From: a virus
Lineage: Duplodnaviria; Caudoviricetes
Strand: one strand, 5' to 3'
DNA length: 39,205 nt
IMG/VR virus record: IMGVR_UViG_3300027956_000003
Coordinates: 1 to 39,205 of that record
Under the pieces are notes generated by a model. The model was not told where the DNA came from. It did not search any database and was given only the letters and a program-made list of their open reading frames with translations. Shown here piece after piece: positions 27,005 through 35,028 of the stretch. The translations under genes and the position numbers were made by a program. Every line of letters begins with the position of its first letter. The stretch's first letter is position 1.

Positions 27005-27732
27005 ATGATGCCTTGCGGACTTATCCAAGTGTCCCCCTCTTTGGTTACGTGCCATATTTTTGTGTCTCCTGTCTTTGTGTTTATGATGCCGTATGCAAAA
27101 CCTTGTCTCCAGCCTAGTTTGGCTGTGTGGCGGTCGGCGTAATCCATCTGGTCAATGTCGCCAATGCAACCGATAGAATGTGCTTCCCCGCCAGAAATGT
27201 GCCGTGCCGTGTATTGGTTTGGGGCGTGTACGTGGCCGTGTATCACTTGACCGTATCGCTCATAGTGCATTTTAGCTGGGTTTACGCCGCTATGAAAGCC
27301 GTGGATTAGCTTCACCTTGCTGTCAGGCAGGGTTAAATACGCACCAACCTTGTATGGAATCCAAGTGATTTTGAGTTGTTTGAATTTCCGCTCGGATGAT
27401 TCAACTAACCCTTGGCAATGATCGCGGATAACTCCGTTTGTTTTACTGTGTGACCATTCCCAAATTCTCGAATCGTGATTTCCCAAAGTAAGCAAGTTGG
27501 GACGGAATGTTTCTAGGTATTTAATGCCAGCCTGATAGTCCTCTGACAAAGAACGGGCTTTGTCGTCAGGGCTTGCACCGCCTCTAAGATTTGCGAAGTC
27601 CCACAAATCCCCCAAATCACAGCGAATATGTGGCTTCCAAGTATCACAGAACCCCATTAGTTTCGCAAATGACTCTTTACAAATTAGCTCCCCGTGGCTG
27701 TCTCCTGCTACAATGAATTTTTTAAAGCTCAT
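27001..27732 (-). CDS. Calcineurin-like metallophosphoesterase
   Basis: GDSH, DLGDLWD, GNHD, HG, HGHVH motifs. Confidence 0.88.
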   Translation of the reverse strand: MSFKKFIVAGDSHGELICKESFAKLMGFCDTWKPHIRCDLGDLWDFANLRGGASPDDKARSLSEDYQAGIKYLETFRPNLLTLGNHDSRIWEWSHSKTNGVIRDHCQGLVESSERKFKQLKITWIPYKVGAYLTLPDSKVKLIHGFHSGVNPAKMHYERYGQVIHGHVHAPNQYTARHISGGEAHSIGCIGDIDQMDYADRHTAKLGWRQGFAYGIINTKTGDTKIWHVTKEGDTWISPQGII

Positions 27733-27735
27733 AAT

Positions 27736-28044
27736 TTAGAATTCTAGTTTATTCCAACTTGGGAAGAAGATTTCCTCCATACATCGAACCACCGCTTCGG
27801 TTTCCATTTTCTCACACCATGCTACTCCCGATAAAAGCAAAGAAGCCTCCATCATTTCATGGCGTAATGTTTCTATTTTGTCTTTTTCGTTTTTCACGTT
27901 GTCAGAAATCCAAATGGTTTTTACTTCGTGTTCGTATTGTCCGTAAGTATTTTCCAACTTACCTATCCGAACTTTTATGGTTTGACCAGCTATTTTTACG
28001 TGGCGAGGTAGTTTCATGGTCGGTATGGGTGTCTTTTTTGTCAT
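27736..28044 (-). CDS. Zincin-fold-like small protein (HExxE variant)
   Basis: YGQY...TIWI...ETLRHEMMEA...E.EAVVR. Confidence 0.6.
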   Translation of the reverse strand: MTKKTPIPTMKLPRHVKIAGQTIKVRIGKLENTYGQYEHEVKTIWISDNVKNEKDKIETLRHEMMEASLLLSGVAWCEKMETEAVVRCMEEIFFPSWNKLEF

Positions 28045-28060
28045 GGTATATTGGGGTGAA

Positions 28061-28621
28061 TTAAACCGTTCTTTGGAAGTGCATACCGTCGCGTGACCAG
28101 AATACCCCAGCACTAAGCCATCCATGCTTTGCAAACACTTTAATCACGCTGAACGGCATTGTCGCTTTGGTAGGCCAATGAGCATAAAGCCCGTTTGTTT
28201 TAGCCACGAAATCCACAGCAGCCCCTCTTGCGTGCAGTGATGGTAAAGAGCCACCGCGCATAGGGCGATTATTGTAGCAGCCGTTAAATTCTGCCAGCGT
28301 TGCTTTACCTTCTGGAAATGTCGAAAGCTCTTTGACTATCTCAAGTAATGAATCTGCACATTTACCGTTTACTCGTATTGTTTTAACGGGTTTGCCATCG
28401 TATTTAACCCCATATCCAACCACGTTAAGGTTTATCAGCATGGATTCATTTCCCGCAGCACCATAGGCGGCGGTAAGGCTAGCTTGATCTTGTTTAGGTG
28501 CGCCCGCTGGCATGAACTTACGAATATATTTCTTGCAAGCATCGGTTGATTTCTCGCCCCAGAAACCATCAGCGATAGTCCCAATTTCTTTTTGAATAGC
28601 TTTAATTTGGTCGGTTGTCAT
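28061..28621 (-). CDS. Endolysin, M15-family peptidase
   Basis: YNNRPMRGG..SLHARGAAVD and DGMHFQ zinc-ligand motifs; N-terminal IQKEIGTIADGFWGEKS peptidoglycan-binding-like segment. Confidence 0.88.
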   Translation of the reverse strand: MTTDQIKAIQKEIGTIADGFWGEKSTDACKKYIRKFMPAGAPKQDQASLTAAYGAAGNESMLINLNVVGYGVKYDGKPVKTIRVNGKCADSLLEIVKELSTFPEGKATLAEFNGCYNNRPMRGGSLPSLHARGAAVDFVAKTNGLYAHWPTKATMPFSVIKVFAKHGWLSAGVFWSRDGMHFQRTV

Positions 28622-29244
28622 GGTTCAAGTATCGGAATGGCTTTAGGAATTACGGGGAACTCGTCTTTGATAATGCCTAAAATATCCGAAACCGCAATAG
28701 GAGATTTAAACACCCCGCTATGCCCTAGCCCGTGATGCCCTATCGACTCGTAAGAAATGTTGACGTAACGAGGGTCGTGTAGCCTTGGTTTCAGAGCGCG
28801 ATAGCCCTTCATCCCCATTTCGCCCCAAGGATGCCACGCAAGCCACTTAGATAACCAAACAATCTTGTCAGACTCGGTATGGAAAACTAAGCATTTAGAT
28901 GCTATTGGAGCTAATGCCGTGTCGCGGTCAAGAGCTGGGTTAAAATAAACCACGTTGACCTTTGCTGGGTGTAGCGAGGAAAGCTCATGTAAAGCCATAT
29001 CAATTAGGTTACAGCCGTCAGAATGACCTATCACCAAGTCGTCTGGTTTAATCTCCCTAGCGAGCTGCTGTGCGCGGCGTTTGTTTGATACACGAACCCC
29101 GACAAGCCCACGCCAGCCCGTAGAGAACTCTGAAACATCGTAATTGCCGTCAGCTAGGAGCCGAGTTGCAAGCCTACCCGTTGTCCCAGCACCGCCGTCA
29201 GACACGTTAAAACCATGAACCAATATGACCCTTCGCTTGCTCAT
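28618..29244 (-). CDS. Alpha/beta hydrolase (lipase/esterase) in lysis cassette
   Basis: LVHGF oxyanion motif, GHSDG nucleophile elbow, downstream Asp (SDKIV) and His (GHSG). Confidence 0.82.
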   Translation of the reverse strand: MSKRRVILVHGFNVSDGGAGTTGRLATRLLADGNYDVSEFSTGWRGLVGVRVSNKRRAQQLAREIKPDDLVIGHSDGCNLIDMALHELSSLHPAKVNVVYFNPALDRDTALAPIASKCLVFHTESDKIVWLSKWLAWHPWGEMGMKGYRALKPRLHDPRYVNISYESIGHHGLGHSGVFKSPIAVSDILGIIKDEFPVIPKAIPILEP

Positions 29245-29339
29245 TTTTGTGCATGGTAATACGTAATTAGAGCGACAATGGTTATCAGGAAAACAATGAT
29301 GTTAATCCCATCAAGCTCGTCTGGTTCATACGATTTCAT
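29241..29339 (-). CDS. 32-aa single-TM peptide (not in ORF track)
   Basis: MKSYEPDELDGINIIVFLITIVALITYYHAQK; ATGA overlaps at both ends. Confidence 0.65.
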   Translation of the reverse strand: MKSYEPDELDGINIIVFLITIVALITYYHAQK

Positions 29340-29530
29340 GGCTTTTTGAAGAATCTACAAATTAGGTTGAACAAAGTAATTGCACCAATCAAAAGCCCAA
29401 GCAACCCACCAGTAATGCGAATCCACCATTCAAGTTGTTCTTGAAACGTAGTTAAAACTGCCATGAAACTGCCGACCATCCCAGCTATTCCGTTTACTAA
29501 GGTGTGAGTGTTGGATTCGTGCATTGTCAT
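29336..29530 (-). CDS. Probable holin
   Basis: Two hydrophobic helices, basic C-terminus, M-T-M dual start, upstream of endolysin. Confidence 0.7.
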   Translation of the reverse strand: MTMHESNTHTLVNGIAGMVGSFMAVLTTFQEQLEWWIRITGGLLGLLIGAITLFNLICRFFKKP

Positions 29531-29551
29531 TATTTCATGGTTAAAGATTGG

Positions 29552-29710
29552 CTACCGTCTTCTAAATAGTGCCATCGCAATTATCGACACCAAGGCAAGT
29601 ATCGCACTTGATGGTTCTGGAACTGCGCTGTTAAAGTTGGCATTGTCGTAGGCTTGGGAAGGTAGTTCGTGGGTGTGCTTGTTTCTTTGGATATGTGATT
29701 GTAATATCAT
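29552..29710 (-). CDS. 52-aa PEP-CTERM mini-protein (not in ORF track)
   Basis: MILQSHIQRNKHTHELPSQAYDNANFNSAVPEPSSAILALVSIIAMALFRRR; VPEP motif, TM helix, RRR end; ATGA overlap with upstream gene. Confidence 0.85.
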   Translation of the reverse strand: MILQSHIQRNKHTHELPSQAYDNANFNSAVPEPSSAILALVSIIAMALFRRR

Positions 29711-31158
29711 GGTATCACTTCTTCGGGTTCAAGAACAGCAGTCATATATGCTAATAGTTGATCTGACCCACCACCAATGGTTGTTGTCGGATGCACAGCA
29801 GCTCCTCCACCGTCTTGAACGAATATTGCCGCATCAGTATAAACTGGTCGAGATGCTGTCATTTCAAATGTCCATGCGTCCTTGTCAAAAAGCACATCAT
29901 AATAAATTCCTTCATCGGCTTTAATCAAATCGTTTAACGCAATTCTGTCTGATTCTCTACTTTGATTAGTTATGTAACTAGATTGCATTACCGTAGAGGC
30001 ACAGATTAGCGCGTTTGGATTTGTGCTGCGGACAAACGCCCATAAAGTTCTAAGTGCTGCGTGTATCGTTGATACTGGACGAGCTGCGGCTGAGTAGTTT
30101 CCAAGATCATTTGTTCCTGCTGCAATGTCAACTACGGTTGGCATATCGTTGGCGATATTTGATGTGGTTAAGCCATTCCCCCCAATGGCAGCGGCTCGTT
30201 CTACTGCACCAGCACCACCAACCGCAAGATTGGTAGCAAATAAATTAGCCCCTTTCCAAACGCCTTTGTCTGAATAACGCCCACCAATATAGCTTGCCTG
30301 AATTGAGTCACCTTCAAACACATATCTCCATTTGGGAATCACGGTTTGACCAATCAATGTTTGTAAATCGTCCTCCTCAGTATCAGAAAGAGCCTTAGAA
30401 AAAAGAAACCAAGCTGGAATTGTGCGCTCAATACTACTAAGTATTGATGTTTCATTATTATTGGCAAAAAGGCACATTCTAAGGCGATTAAGTGTATGTG
30501 AAGCCTCGCCTTGTGTTGACGTTCTGCTGTATGTCGTCCCGCTGACAGCATTTAATCTTCGCATCGAAAATGAAGACGCTCCAACTGCCGCATCGTCTCG
30601 GAGTGAAACACTTGCAATACTTGTGGTGTTACGACTCCAGCCTGGATTGCCAGAAGTTGTTCTCAAAGTTGTAACAAAGCTTACCGCTTGACCAAACGAC
30701 GAACCGTTATTGCTCATCGCTAAGCTAGTGGTTGTCAAGCCGTTTGAGAGACGGAAAATTGGTTGGTTAGTGGCGTTAGTGTTGTCAAGTGTTCCACAAT
30801 GTAGTCCCACGAAAGTCCTTGCACCAGAACTGGAAACGATATTGCCCGTTGCATATTGCAAGCTTCCGTTGAAATATATTCCGTTTCTCAATCTTGATGG
30901 TGAACCCGTTATCGTAAGATTAGACAAACCAAATAGCGACGGAATAGAATCTCCAGAACTCGGTTGCGAGTCAGCCCTAAGAACTGCTCCGTCAAGAAGA
31001 TTACTTCTAATACCAATATCTGAAAGCCCTCGTAAGAAACTAGAAATTCTATGCGCTGCGGCATTTGAAATGCCATGCGCGTCTTGGTATGCCTTTGCTT
31101 CTTGAGTTAATGTATTGATGCAACTTCCCCCAAGTTTATTTGCTAAAGAGTAATTCAT
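29707..31158 (-). CDS. Putative virion protein with lectin-like region and C-terminal SGNH/GDSL esterase
   Basis: FEGDSI block I, AVGG block II, AGTND block III, C-terminal VHP; start MNYSL right after the adaptor stop. Confidence 0.75.
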   Translation of the reverse strand: MNYSLANKLGGSCINTLTQEAKAYQDAHGISNAAAHRISSFLRGLSDIGIRSNLLDGAVLRADSQPSSGDSIPSLFGLSNLTITGSPSRLRNGIYFNGSLQYATGNIVSSSGARTFVGLHCGTLDNTNATNQPIFRLSNGLTTTSLAMSNNGSSFGQAVSFVTTLRTTSGNPGWSRNTTSIASVSLRDDAAVGASSFSMRRLNAVSGTTYSRTSTQGEASHTLNRLRMCLFANNNETSILSSIERTIPAWFLFSKALSDTEEDDLQTLIGQTVIPKWRYVFEGDSIQASYIGGRYSDKGVWKGANLFATNLAVGGAGAVERAAAIGGNGLTTSNIANDMPTVVDIAAGTNDLGNYSAAARPVSTIHAALRTLWAFVRSTNPNALICASTVMQSSYITNQSRESDRIALNDLIKADEGIYYDVLFDKDAWTFEMTASRPVYTDAAIFVQDGGGAAVHPTTTIGGGSDQLLAYMTAVLEPEEVIP

Positions 31159-31159
31159 A

Positions 31160-31786
31160 TTAGTAAGCCCAGCGTGATTGCATATTCGCGTTTGTTGAAA
31201 TCCTTGTTGAAACCAATGTGCTTGAACGCATTTCGTCAACCCTCAGAAGCTCGTCAGTAAGCTTGTCCATAGCCTCTTGGTCTGCTACTACGGCTTTCTC
31301 CATTTGTCCCTCAGCACGTAACCAATCGGAGTAAACCCCGTGCGCCAGATACTCAAACCACTCATCGGGAACTTGCAAAGTCGTGCCATTAGAGCCATCA
31401 CCGTAGCTATTTGTCCATTGCATCTTGTAAGTAACGAAAACCGTTGAGCTATTCAAAGGCCCGTCAATCGGTTTTGCGCCCGTATTATCCACATAAAAGT
31501 CAAAATCTTGTGCGCTAGATGCAAGGAATGGTTCAGTTCTATGCAAACGGATAAACGTATCGACGGAATTCAAACCAACCTCAACCCAAGGCACATAGCC
31601 GTTTGTCACAGCCCGCTCTTCACCCACTACCAAGAAGCGAGGCCAGAAGTCGCTAGCTCTAAACGCCCGTTTAGCACGGCTGTTGACCATCGCCCTAATA
31701 CGGGGAAGCTCAATCGTAGCAAACTCAGTTCCACACAATGACTTAATCAGCGGGAGCAAATCAGTTGTGTAATTCTTTGTCTGCAT
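31160..31786 (-). CDS. Head-tail adaptor (tail tubular A-like)
   Basis: Helical N- and C-termini, WPRFL and VPDEWFEYLAHG; position after capsid genes. Confidence 0.65.
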   Translation of the reverse strand: MQTKNYTTDLLPLIKSLCGTEFATIELPRIRAMVNSRAKRAFRASDFWPRFLVVGEERAVTNGYVPWVEVGLNSVDTFIRLHRTEPFLASSAQDFDFYVDNTGAKPIDGPLNSSTVFVTYKMQWTNSYGDGSNGTTLQVPDEWFEYLAHGVYSDWLRAEGQMEKAVVADQEAMDKLTDELLRVDEMRSSTLVSTRISTNANMQSRWAY

Positions 31787-31793
31787 GAGCGGA

Positions 31794-31822
31794 AAGTATC
31801 AGTAATTCAAAAAAGTTTCAAG
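31794..31822 (-). promoter_or_regulatory. Putative promoter for adaptor-lysis genes
   Basis: TTGAAA-17 nt-TACTTT with TG extended -10. Confidence 0.55.
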
Positions 31823-31826
31823 CACA

Positions 31827-32144
31827 TCAAATTTCAACCATTGTCGAAATCTTGTTGCTTGCCAATGTAGGTTCGTGTTTTTGGAAATCTCGGATAAACT
31901 CGCGGTCACTCCAGCAAGCCTCTCCATATTTTTGAACCATTTGTAGGTATTCGCGCTGTGGAATCTCCGCTAAATGGGTCATTCTAGCCCCCTTTTGCCG
32001 CCCTCTATCGCGGTATTCTTTAGCGACTTGTGCCGCTTCTTTCTCACGCTTGTGTTGCGTAATCTCGCTTTTAAGCTGCTCCCCCGTAATAATTTCACGG
32101 ATAAAAGCGTGTGTCATTGCTTCTTCGCTAGGTCTGATAATCAT
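31827..32144 (-). CDS. Hypothetical head-module protein
   Basis: HLAEIP...W.D.EF...F motif; position after capsid genes. Confidence 0.6.
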   Translation of the reverse strand: MIIRPSEEAMTHAFIREIITGEQLKSEITQHKREKEAAQVAKEYRDRGRQKGARMTHLAEIPQREYLQMVQKYGEACWSDREFIRDFQKHEPTLASNKISTMVEI

Positions 32145-32164
32145 TGCTGTTTGTGTAAAGGTAA

Positions 32165-32201
32165 ATAGGTGACGGAAGGATTTGAACCTCCCGCCACCTA
32201 T
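32165..32201 (-). terminator. Hairpin after decoration gene (probable terminator)
   Basis: AUAGGUGGCGGGAGG/CCUUCCGUCACCUAU stem, UUCAAAU loop, U-rich tail. Confidence 0.6.
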
Positions 32202-32214
32202 GGGTTTGGATTTC

Positions 32215-32664
32215 TTAGAAGTCGCCAGGTGCGATCACTCCGACAACCACGACAATTTTACCAGCGGTCAAGCTGGCAACCGTGCCGTTCCACTCAGCCA
32301 AGATTGGCGTAGCGGTGGTAGCGATACCCACAGGCTTCCAGCCAGCAAGGTAGGTGCTGTTTCCAGCAACTTGAACGCAAGCGTCACCAGTATTGCAAGC
32401 AGGTGTGCCAGCATCAGCATCCCAAGCGTCGATGAACTCATCTGGATCACCAGCAGTTGTGCCAACGTCAAGCGTAATGTCAGAAGCACCCACAAGGGCG
32501 ATTTCTTCGTAGGCATAGGCGAAAGCCACCGCACCACCAGCAGGAATAACCCCGATAGTAGCTTGGTTTGCGCTGGTTGCGTGATCTTTGATTTCTTGAA
32601 CATCTGCAACGTAAACATACGTGCGGATTGCGGATTCGTTATTTACAAGTTTATATGCACTCAT
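32215..32664 (-). CDS. Capsid decoration / minor capsid protein
   Basis: Beta-rich, IPAG..V and LDVGT...D.FID motifs; directly after major capsid gene. Confidence 0.65.
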   Translation of the reverse strand: MSAYKLVNNESAIRTYVYVADVQEIKDHATSANQATIGVIPAGGAVAFAYAYEEIALVGASDITLDVGTTAGDPDEFIDAWDADAGTPACNTGDACVQVAGNSTYLAGWKPVGIATTATPILAEWNGTVASLTAGKIVVVVGVIAPGDF

Positions 32665-32693
32665 GGTAATTATATTTATTAAGTTAAGGTTTT

Positions 32694-32720
32694 GCCCTCC
32701 CGCCATTGTGACGGAAGGGC
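32694..32720 (-). promoter_or_regulatory. Hairpin after major capsid gene
   Basis: GCCCUUCCGUCA/UGGCGGGAGGGC 12-bp stem; no U tail on the coding strand. Confidence 0.55.
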
Positions 32721-32728
32721 TAGTTTAA

Positions 32729-33715
32729 TTAGTAGGCAATTTTACCGTGAGCTTGTGGCGATTTGCACACAAGGGTAGTTGCACATTTGACGTAGCCGCG
32801 ATCACCTGCACCTTGGTTCTCAAGCATAACAGACTCCAGAGGAAGGAGGTTAGCCATACCGATGTATTTAGGATCAATGATGTAGCCGATGTTGGTTGTA
32901 GCAGTTGGCATACAAGCAGGGTTTCCGTTGACAATACGGATCGTGCCAAAGTCGGTATCGAACAGCGAAACGCTGAGGGTGATACGGCGGCTGGTGGCAT
33001 CTTCGTTGATGTTATACGGAGTTGCGGTTGTAGAACCTTCTGCACGGGTGAAGTTAGCAATCACCTTGCGGAGAGCCACGTTCGCAACCAAGGTCAAGTT
33101 ACCCATTTCGCCAGTTTCGCTAAAGATACTGCCAAGGGCGTTGTTCAAGGTTTGCTCTGTAAGCGTTGCGCTAAGGATGGATGCTGCTGGGGTGCGATAC
33201 GCAGCAGGAACGTCAGACGGCCCTGCGGAATCAATCCAGTCACCAAGTCCACGAAGTTTGTATGGGTTCACACCATCTTCGGCTTGACGATCATTTGCGG
33301 AAGCGACGGCAAACTCAATATCGCGTTTAATCTCGCGAAGAGCTTTTGCTTTTGCTTGGGCAACATCGGCAGGGCCAACGCTGGAAACGGCATTTTGCAA
33401 ATCCGAAACAAGGAAGTCCTTGCGGAAGATTTGGGTGTAGTTACCAAGACGACCACGGTTAGCGAATTTGTTCGCGAACGAGGTAACGTCAGAGGTTTCG
33501 TTGATGCCGTCTGCAGATGGGGTGTCAAGCCCGTCGATAACCCACTCATGGAGGACACCAGAAGCCTTGCCTTTGGAGCAAAGCGAGCTGATTGGGGTTT
33601 GTTCAGGCTCAAGCATGGTCAACATCGAAGAAAGGTCTTCGCGGTTGCCAACGGCTGAACCAGTTGCGGAGCTAGTGCTAGGTGCGCTAGGTTGATAAGT
33701 AGTTGAAATAGGCAT
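32729..33715 (-). CDS. Major capsid protein (DUF5309 / SU10-like)
   Basis: NREDLS...PEQTP...HEW..D.L; NYTQIFRK; EIKRDIE; TDFGTI. Confidence 0.88.
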   Translation of the reverse strand: MPISTTYQPSAPSTSSATGSAVGNREDLSSMLTMLEPEQTPISSLCSKGKASGVLHEWVIDGLDTPSADGINETSDVTSFANKFANRGRLGNYTQIFRKDFLVSDLQNAVSSVGPADVAQAKAKALREIKRDIEFAVASANDRQAEDGVNPYKLRGLGDWIDSAGPSDVPAAYRTPAASILSATLTEQTLNNALGSIFSETGEMGNLTLVANVALRKVIANFTRAEGSTTATPYNINEDATSRRITLSVSLFDTDFGTIRIVNGNPACMPTATTNIGYIIDPKYIGMANLLPLESVMLENQGAGDRGYVKCATTLVCKSPQAHGKIAY

Positions 33716-33742
33716 AATTTTAGGTGTTTAGATGTTTGAATT

Positions 33743-34774
33743 TCATTTGTATTTCTGTGCGGCAACCCAATCTTCGGCAGAGCCACTTTGTTCAAACCGC
33801 TTCATGGCTTCAGCATATTTGCTGTTTTGTCCTTGCCCTTGTCGTGACGTTCCAGCTCCAACGGGAGAAGCGGGTGGTTTCACCTTCAACTTCATTCCCG
33901 CGCCTTGCGCTACTTTCTTGGCAGTTCCAAATTTTGACCTTGCGGCGTGTGCTAGTAGATACTCGATTTGAACCCCTAAGTGCGGCAGCTTTTCTTTCAA
34001 CTCACTCACCAAAGGATCACTTACAAGTTCCTGATATGCTTTACCAACGCTTGATTCCTCATCGTTGATTTCTGGCACTTCCTGCTTCGCTAACTGTTGC
34101 CATTGGAGATTGCTAGTTTTATAGTTCTCAATGGTTTGCAAATGTGCAGCTTGGGCGGGTAAGTATTTAGCTATCGCGTCCCTTGCGTTACGGTTTGCCA
34201 GCTTAATCTGTTTCTTGGTGAACTGTTGACTTCCAACTTGGATAATATCGTCCGCGCTGTAATCATCATATTCCTCAAGCAACCGATCCGTAGTTTCCAG
34301 AGTGGCTTCAAAGGAGTCATACTTTGCCTTGATTTCTTCGGCAGTTGTAAGTTCCCCAAATGGGTTCTGTTCTTTCGGGATAGCCTTTACCTGAGGCTTT
34401 GTTCCAATTTCCTCTAGTTGGGATTGCAAGGCTTTCTTCTGCGCGGTCAGTTCCCCGATACGCTCAAGAAGGCGGCTTTTGCCTTTCTTTGCTAGTGTTT
34501 GGATTTGCTCAGGTGAAAGACTAAGCAGGTCTATCTCATCAGCGGCTTCTTCTTCCGTTTCTTCCTCTTGAGTTTCATCGGTTTCTTGCAGTTCGCTAAT
34601 CTCTTCGATTTCGCCTTCTGGCAATTCTTCCGCTTCAACCTCTTCGGCTTCCACTTCTTGTTCTACCTCTTGTGTTGATCCTTGGGTCAGTTGCGCGATT
34701 AGAGCCTCTGAACTAAGGTTTTCTGATACACTGGAATTATCCTCCCCAGCGACGGAGCTTTGGTTTGCTTTCAT
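33743..34774 (-). CDS. Capsid scaffolding protein
   Basis: Acidic N-terminus, coiled coil, position between portal and capsid genes. Confidence 0.78.
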   Translation of the reverse strand: MKANQSSVAGEDNSSVSENLSSEALIAQLTQGSTQEVEQEVEAEEVEAEELPEGEIEEISELQETDETQEEETEEEAADEIDLLSLSPEQIQTLAKKGKSRLLERIGELTAQKKALQSQLEEIGTKPQVKAIPKEQNPFGELTTAEEIKAKYDSFEATLETTDRLLEEYDDYSADDIIQVGSQQFTKKQIKLANRNARDAIAKYLPAQAAHLQTIENYKTSNLQWQQLAKQEVPEINDEESSVGKAYQELVSDPLVSELKEKLPHLGVQIEYLLAHAARSKFGTAKKVAQGAGMKLKVKPPASPVGAGTSRQGQGQNSKYAEAMKRFEQSGSAEDWVAAQKYK

Positions 34775-34819
34775 GTTTTTAACACCAGTTTACGCCTTGG
34801 CGGTGGCGATCTGGGTTAA

Positions 34820-34857
34820 TCCTTAGCAAAACACTAATCATTAGTCAAACACTAATG
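34820..34857 (-). promoter_or_regulatory. Putative head-operon promoter with overlapping operator-like repeats
   Basis: TTGACT-17 nt-TAAGGA; AAACACTAAT twice and near-palindrome ACTAATCATTAGT. Confidence 0.55.
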
Positions 34858-34890
34858 TTAAACGCCCGATTAAACTAAATCCACACAAAC

Positions 34891-34945
34891 AAAAACGCCC
34901 CGCCAGATTTTACCTGACGAGGCGGTTTACTATGTCGAACCAACG
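34891..34945 (-). ncRNA. Candidate antisense sRNA unit 2 (seed + intrinsic terminator)
   Basis: GUUGGUUCGACAUAGU then 13-bp stem and U5; G-U pairs form only on the minus strand. Confidence 0.5.
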
Positions 34946-35028
34946 AAAAAAAGGCGCGGTGGCCACCCGACCAAGAACGACCACCGCACACAAACAACAA
35001 ATAGAAAAGACACTAACTATCTGCGGAG
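34946..35028 (-). ncRNA. Candidate antisense sRNA unit 1 (seed + intrinsic terminator)
   Basis: TTGACT promoter box at 35054-35059; U-rich seed AGUGUCUUUUCUAUU; 15-bp stem and U7. Confidence 0.6.

Noticed and set aside
29552-31158. Frameshift fusing the SGNH protein to the PEP-CTERM tail
   Set aside because: Junction is an ordinary ATGA overlap with no slippery heptamer, and the SGNH protein has no signal peptide
32165-32201. tRNA gene suggested by GGTTCAAATCC
   Set aside because: Only a single hairpin; no D arm, anticodon arm or room for a cloverleaf
32747-33658. 303-aa plus-strand ORF and other long antisense ORFs in the track
   Set aside because: Shadows of well-supported opposite-strand genes with no recognisable motifs
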